DNA of 61,900 nucleotides, filler included, from Candidatus Zapsychrus exili (GTDB lineage Bacteria; Omnitrophota; Gorgyraeia; Zapsychrales; Zapsychraceae): NCBI GenBank assembly GCA_030765585.1. It is 7 parts of 7 records of this genome, joined end to end, with 100 filler letters (N's around TTAATTAATTAA, not from the genome) between each part and the next. Parts side by side here need not be neighbours in the genome. Positions count along the whole stretch, not along the records: positions 54,790 to 58,472 come from JAVCCJ010000123.1; positions 58,573 to 61,900 come from JAVCCJ010000002.1; 5 more parts are not named here. One strand, 5' to 3'. Shown piece by piece: positions 57,284 to 61,900 of this stretch (position 1 is its first letter; each line of letters starts with the position of its first letter). The notes under the pieces were generated by a model. It saw only the letters and a program-made list of their open reading frames with translations, ran no database searches and was not told where the DNA came from. The position numbers and the translations under genes were made by a program.

Positions 57284-58342
57284 TTAAACCTTAAATTTAT
57301 TCAATGTTTCTTGAAGGGCCTCAAATTGCCCCATATCTAGCCATGATTTCTCAGAAACAGGATAAACCCCAATTTTTTCGCCCCTTTTAAGATAATCATT
57401 AATAAGATCAGTTATGTTAAAAAAATGATTCTTCGGGATATCCGCAAGAACCTCTGCTTCTAAAACATACATACCTGTATTTACTAAAAAATCATATTCC
57501 GGTTTTTCGCGGATATTCTTTAAAACTCCTCCCCCCTGAATTTCACATACCCCATAGGGAATAGTGTAATTCTTCATTGAGCTAACAAGGGTAATCTTAT
57601 TCTTCTTCTGGCGATGGAATTCAAAAATATCAGCATAATCAGCCTCAATTAAAATATCGCAATTACTCACAAAGAATGTTTTCTTTATTCTATTTTTTAA
57701 AAAGTGCAGGCTGCCGGCAGTTCCTAATGGTTTACTTTCCAATATATAATTAATCTTATAGGCATGCTTGAAATCACTAAAATAAGCCTTGATTATACTT
57801 GATTTATAATTTAGAGAAAGATAAAAATCCTTACAACCATAATCAAAAAATCTGTTTATAATGATTTCAATAATCGGCTTATCACCTATTGGCATCAATG
57901 GTTTGGGAAGAATTTTTGTAAAGGGATGCAATCGTGCACCTTCGCCACCTGCCATAATCACTACAGGCAATTCTAGCGATCTCAACTTCTTTAACTTACT
58001 TTTAAAAAGATCCATCCACCAAACAGCAGCAATAACTCTTTGCGCCTCATCAACAACCGGTAAACATTCAATCTCTTTCTTAATCATTATCGTTTTCGTT
58101 TGTTCCTGTTGAAAATCCTTAGCTAAGCTTATTGGTTTACAATTCATGACGCTAGAAACATCATCCAACAAACTTTTACCTTTTAATATCCATCTTCTAA
58201 TATCTCCATCTGTAACAGTCCCTAAAAGCTTTTTTTTCTTGTCTACCACAAACATAGTCTTTTCTCCAACTAAGTCCATATGCTTTAAAGTAAGCTTGAT
58301 TGACTGATCTGGCTTTATAAGTACTTTTTCAAGTCTTTCCAT
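57284..58342 (-). CDS. CBS-domain sugar-phosphate nucleotidyltransferase (PtmE-like)
   Basis: GTVTDGDIRR CBS domain; MAGGEGARL.P.T...PKPL; PLGTAGSL. Confidence 0.88.
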   Translation of the reverse strand: MERLEKVLIKPDQSIKLTLKHMDLVGEKTMFVVDKKKKLLGTVTDGDIRRWILKGKSLLDDVSSVMNCKPISLAKDFQQEQTKTIMIKKEIECLPVVDEAQRVIAAVWWMDLFKSKLKKLRSLELPVVIMAGGEGARLHPFTKILPKPLMPIGDKPIIEIIINRFFDYGCKDFYLSLNYKSSIIKAYFSDFKHAYKINYILESKPLGTAGSLHFLKNRIKKTFFVSNCDILIEADYADIFEFHRQKKNKITLVSSMKNYTIPYGVCEIQGGGVLKNIREKPEYDFLVNTGMYVLEAEVLADIPKNHFFNITDLINDYLKRGEKIGVYPVSEKSWLDMGQFEALQETLNKFKV

Positions 58343-58472
58343 GGTATTATTCTTTCCTGCTTAAATTTTGAATAACTGAAGTTATATATTTTATCTGTTT
58401 TATTTGTAAATTTGTACTACAAGGCAAATTCAAAACTCTTTTCCAAAACCATAAAGCCTTTTCAATTTTATA

Positions 58473-58572
58473 NNNNNNNNNNNNNNNNNNNNNNNNNNNN
58501 NNNNNNNNNNNNNNNNTTAATTAATTAANNNNNNNNNNNNNNNNNNNNNNNNNNNNNNNNNNNNNNNNNNNN
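58473..58572. other. Artificial contig linker
   Basis: N run + TTAATTAATTAA + N run. Confidence 0.98.
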
Positions 58573-58738
58573 CCAAAAAATGGATATCTCCCTCTTTTAA
58601 TGAGGTTAAATCATCCCATAATTCATTCCATTGATCTTCAGACCAAGAATATCTTCTTTGATAAATAGGTATTTTAAAAACTTCATTAGGAGAACTAAAT
58701 AATTTCAGTATATTTCTTGTGATTGCATCAATTCCCAT
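58573..58738 (-). CDS. DUF262 (GmrS-like) protein, 3' truncated
   Basis: FKIPIYQRRYSW...W..LWDDL....HFL. Confidence 0.88.
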
Positions 58739-58740
58739 GA

Positions 58741-60234
58741 TTAAATTAATACCTCATCACTTTTTAATAGTTTCCCCAGCATCCCAACAATCTCAACCTC
58801 TGCCAAAGTATCAAGCTCACAATACTTTTCAAGAGCATCTCGAATCTTCTTTCTTTCTTCTTCACTCACAGAAGGATCATAAGTAATTCTTTCATATTCA
58901 TAACTAGCCAAATCACCCTTATTAATATCCAAGTCCTTGTAGCTCAAATCACTCATTACGGGCAGAACTGCTTTGATACTTGCACTTCCGCATTGTTTTG
59001 GATCATAATAATGAAAGTTCCTAAAAACATCCCATAGATCTTTAATTCTTAGCAAAATGTTTTCATCATACCATTCTCTAAATTCAGGGAAGGCTGTTGA
59101 AGATTCATTCATAACCCCTTTTTCAAATCCTTGATTGTAAACTAAGATACTCCCAAAATCACCTAAATTATCTCTTAAGGCTTGCATAAACTTCGGTCGT
59201 GGATCATCAGTTCCATCTGCTAAAAATGAAATATGCTCAACTTCTCCACCCTCTTCTTTTTGTATATGTAATGAAAATTGAAATGGGATTCTTTGATAAG
59301 GTTTCATTCCATCAAATTTAGGTAATGCAGGGTTAATTGTCTCAAAATCTAAGTAGTAAATTGGATACTCTAAGTTTTTAAGAAAGTTATTTATTTCAAC
59401 TTTATCAATATGTTCTCCACCATCACAAGCAAGTCTTCGCTGTATTTCTTGTTTTTCATTAAGTTTAACGCTTTCGGGAACATCTTTCAAACAAGCAATC
59501 CCATTATCATATAATTCAAAACATTTCTTTTTTAACATCCTATAAAAATCAAAAATACTATCCTCAGGAACTGAATCCCAACATTCGTTCTTTAAAGGAC
59601 ATTCATAAGGATTATCACAAGAAGGGCTTATTTTACAAGTAGGTTCTTTCTTAGAATTAATAACTTTCACCATTTCATCAACATTGGTCTCGACATCTTT
59701 TGAGAATTCCTTAATATCCTCTGTAATTTCTGTCTGGACAAATAATTCTGAAGGCTCAATCTGACCATCTAAACAATACTGATTATTTATGTGCATTAGA
59801 AAACACTTTCTTATTTTTAGCCCCGCCCTCTCATAAACATATTTTTGGAAAGAAACATCATGTAGATTCACATCTTTTACCTTTGTTGCACTTTTTACCT
59901 CTACAATATCCCATTCGTTTTTACCTACTGGCACTAAAACATCTGCCCTAGAATATAGATTATCTACTAAGAATGCGGGTTCAAATAGTGGAATTCTTTT
60001 CTTAATTAGCTTTTTTGTATTCTCTAAATTTTCTTTAAAATCTTCATCAGGGATATTTTGACCTTTTGGGAAAACTTTTGTAGCTAATTCTCCTAGAACA
60101 TGTCCCTCTGAAAATTTCTTTAATGCAATTTCATCTGGTTCTGAGATTCGTTTTTTATCATTAATTTTAACCCATAATAACCTTGGACATTGTAAGCCCA
60201 AAAGGTAGCTTGATTTTGATAGTAGTTTTGGCAT
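58741..60234 (-). CDS. DUF2779 protein (Cas4-like PD-(D/E)XK N-terminus plus RNase H-like domain)
   Basis: LSKS.Y..GLQCPRLLW, RADVL..IVEVKS, C..PYECP...C, YLDFET, PFQFSLH, SIK.VLP, YCELDT. Confidence 0.85.
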   Translation of the reverse strand: MPKLLSKSSYLLGLQCPRLLWVKINDKKRISEPDEIALKKFSEGHVLGELATKVFPKGQNIPDEDFKENLENTKKLIKKRIPLFEPAFLVDNLYSRADVLVPVGKNEWDIVEVKSATKVKDVNLHDVSFQKYVYERAGLKIRKCFLMHINNQYCLDGQIEPSELFVQTEITEDIKEFSKDVETNVDEMVKVINSKKEPTCKISPSCDNPYECPLKNECWDSVPEDSIFDFYRMLKKKCFELYDNGIACLKDVPESVKLNEKQEIQRRLACDGGEHIDKVEINNFLKNLEYPIYYLDFETINPALPKFDGMKPYQRIPFQFSLHIQKEEGGEVEHISFLADGTDDPRPKFMQALRDNLGDFGSILVYNQGFEKGVMNESSTAFPEFREWYDENILLRIKDLWDVFRNFHYYDPKQCGSASIKAVLPVMSDLSYKDLDINKGDLASYEYERITYDPSVSEEERKKIRDALEKYCELDTLAEVEIVGMLGKLLKSDEVLI

Positions 60235-60307
60235 GAAAAAAAGAAGATTGAAGGACTTATAAAATTAGTGGGAAAAGAATTATAAGCCTTTCTTAACTTA
60301 ATAATTT

Positions 60308-60730
60308 ATGAAAAAAGAAGACTTCATGCGTGAAGCAATAAAGGACGCTAAGAAAAATAAACATCATTTTGGAGCAGTTGTTGTGAAAGGAAATAAAATA
60401 ATTTCCAAAGCAGGAAAAAGACCTGTGGGCGATCCGAGATATCATGCTGAAACTCAGGCAATTATTAATGCAACAAACAAACTAAAAACTAAAAGTCTCA
60501 AGGGACATACTCTTTATACGACTTGTGAGCCTTGTCCAATGTGCTTTTATATGGCTTGGATAACTAATGTTTCTAAGATCGTATTTGGTGCAAGCAATAA
60601 TGATTCGATTAAACACGGTTTCAAAGAAATTAAAATAACTGATAGAGAACTCAATAAGCGTGGTGGAAATAGGATAAAAATTGAAGGCGGATTTTTGAGA
60701 GATGAATGCTTGAAGTTGTTTAAGGTCTAA
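60308..60730 (+). CDS. Zn-dependent nucleoside/guanine deaminase (TadA/GuaD-like)
   Basis: FGAVVV, HAE, TTCEPCPMC. Confidence 0.9.
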   Translation: MKKEDFMREAIKDAKKNKHHFGAVVVKGNKIISKAGKRPVGDPRYHAETQAIINATNKLKTKSLKGHTLYTTCEPCPMCFYMAWITNVSKIVFGASNNDSIKHGFKEIKITDRELNKRGGNRIKIEGGFLRDECLKLFKV

Positions 60731-61871
60731 CAACGCCTTCAATCTGTACTGCAATCTTTTCAAATTTAGCCATTTGAATTTCCATTAATTCTATTCTTTC
60801 CTGAAGGATTTCGTTTTGTCTTTTTGTGGAATCTAAATCCTTTTCAAGCTCAGTCTTAGTTGTGTCAATTAACATGTCTTCCTCACTAATTGTATCTCTC
60901 ATACCCAACAGCTCGCTGTAATAATGAATTTTATCTGACTTTTTCCAACCGAAACGATATTTTAAAGCAGATTCGCTTTTATATCTTGGAAGCCAATAAC
61001 AACAAGCACAATGTCTGAAATCATACATTGTCATATTGCAATATTTTTCTCCTGCAGGAGAAACTCCGTCGCCAAATAATTTCTTAGCCGTATTTTTTAT
61101 GACTCGATTAACATTGTATGGCTTAAATGTAAATAGATAATCATGTGGTTCTAATTTTTCTTCCTTCACATATCTTTTAATTAAATCAGAAGACAGCATT
61201 AACTTAATTCTTCTGCCAAAAGTCTTACTTATCTCATCCCTGATATGAACTTCCTTAAATTCATTATGAAAATCTGAAATTTTAATATTGATTAATTCTG
61301 TCGGAGCTCTGATCCCCGTATCAAATAAAAACATAATCATAACCCGATATTTGAACATAGAATTATCACAAAAAGTCCTGACTTGATCTTCTGTTAAGTA
61401 GACCCATTTGGGTTTATCTCTTCGAACATCTAAATCTATTGTGATGTCTTCAATAGTAATGCCTTCCTTTCTATTTACCTTAACCCACCAGTGCCAAAAG
61501 GATTTGAAACCTTTCCCATAGGTATCAATTGAGGCATAAATTTTGCCATCCTCTCTTGCGACTTCTCCCGTTCTAATTTTTGAGAAGAATACTATAATCT
61601 GATCTTCTGTTATTTGGGTTATGTCATCAATACCAAATTCAGCTTTAAATCGCTTAGAGAAAAATATCATTTTTTGCCTTAATGTATTTAATCGGATAAA
61701 ACTTCTCGGACCCTTCGGACTTCTTGAAGAAACATTTCTTCCGACTTCCATATCTCCGACATATCTTAGAGTCAAATCTGAATTTATTTTACTGATTCCT
61801 GGAACGCCGTCTTTTACCGCTATCTTCCAAGCGTAATATTTTTCTTTGTGTTCGTATGGATCTCTCTTCAT
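60720..61871 (-). CDS. Tyrosine recombinase/integrase with C-terminal coiled coil
   Basis: FDTGIR..E, SKT, YDFRH, RFGW, HYY catalytic pattern. Confidence 0.88.
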   Translation of the reverse strand: MKRDPYEHKEKYYAWKIAVKDGVPGISKINSDLTLRYVGDMEVGRNVSSRSPKGPRSFIRLNTLRQKMIFFSKRFKAEFGIDDITQITEDQIIVFFSKIRTGEVAREDGKIYASIDTYGKGFKSFWHWWVKVNRKEGITIEDITIDLDVRRDKPKWVYLTEDQVRTFCDNSMFKYRVMIMFLFDTGIRAPTELINIKISDFHNEFKEVHIRDEISKTFGRRIKLMLSSDLIKRYVKEEKLEPHDYLFTFKPYNVNRVIKNTAKKLFGDGVSPAGEKYCNMTMYDFRHCACCYWLPRYKSESALKYRFGWKKSDKIHYYSELLGMRDTISEEDMLIDTTKTELEKDLDSTKRQNEILQERIELMEIQMAKFEKIAVQIEGVVRP

Positions 61872-61900
61872 ATTCTAAAGAGCAAACTTTGTTTATTAAC

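Noticed and set aside
58741..60234. Cas4-like motifs as evidence of a CRISPR-Cas locus
   Set aside because: The architecture is DUF2779; no array or other cas genes in the window.

Overview
The window is not contiguous: it is seven AT-rich contig pieces joined by artificial N44-TTAATTAATTAA-N44 linkers, so gene order across linkers means nothing. (1) 1-9204 is a plasmid-like mobilisable replicon: patatin start, AbiEii/AbiEi toxin-antitoxin pair, MobC-like protein plus HUH relaxase, Fic protein, 21-bp iterons, a dense TGCAGAAA repeat field, an HTH/TM/coiled-coil protein and a replication initiator. (2) 9305-15975 is a defence island: two OLD-like ATPase-TOPRIM genes and a DUF262+HEPN pair, each unit preceded by a copy of the same ~110-bp promoter-hairpin module. 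(3) 16076-32911 and (4) 33012-51805 are chromosomal housekeeping segments of a diderm bacterium, probably Ca. Omnitrophota (inference). They hold comEC-bamD-lptE-holA-rpsT-murJ-uvrC, a BirA-regulated biotin operon, tRNA-Ala, tRNA-Leu, rlmN, accA and comM. Segment 3 also carries a 2799-aa gene divided into cargo modules by 11 copies of a D-x-[AV]-M motif. (5) 51906-54689 is a degraded accessory region with a 5'-half tRNA. (6) 54790-58472 is a nonulosonic (legionaminic/sialic) acid cluster. (7) 58573-61900 has an integrase, deaminase, DUF2779 and DUF262 genes with archaeal-style promoters. The best candidates for undescribed systems are the D-x-A-M-segmented giant polyprotein, the defence genes sharing a repeated promoter/attenuator module, and a putative single-protein membrane-anchored plasmid partition system. 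Family assignments come from motif recognition, not database searches.
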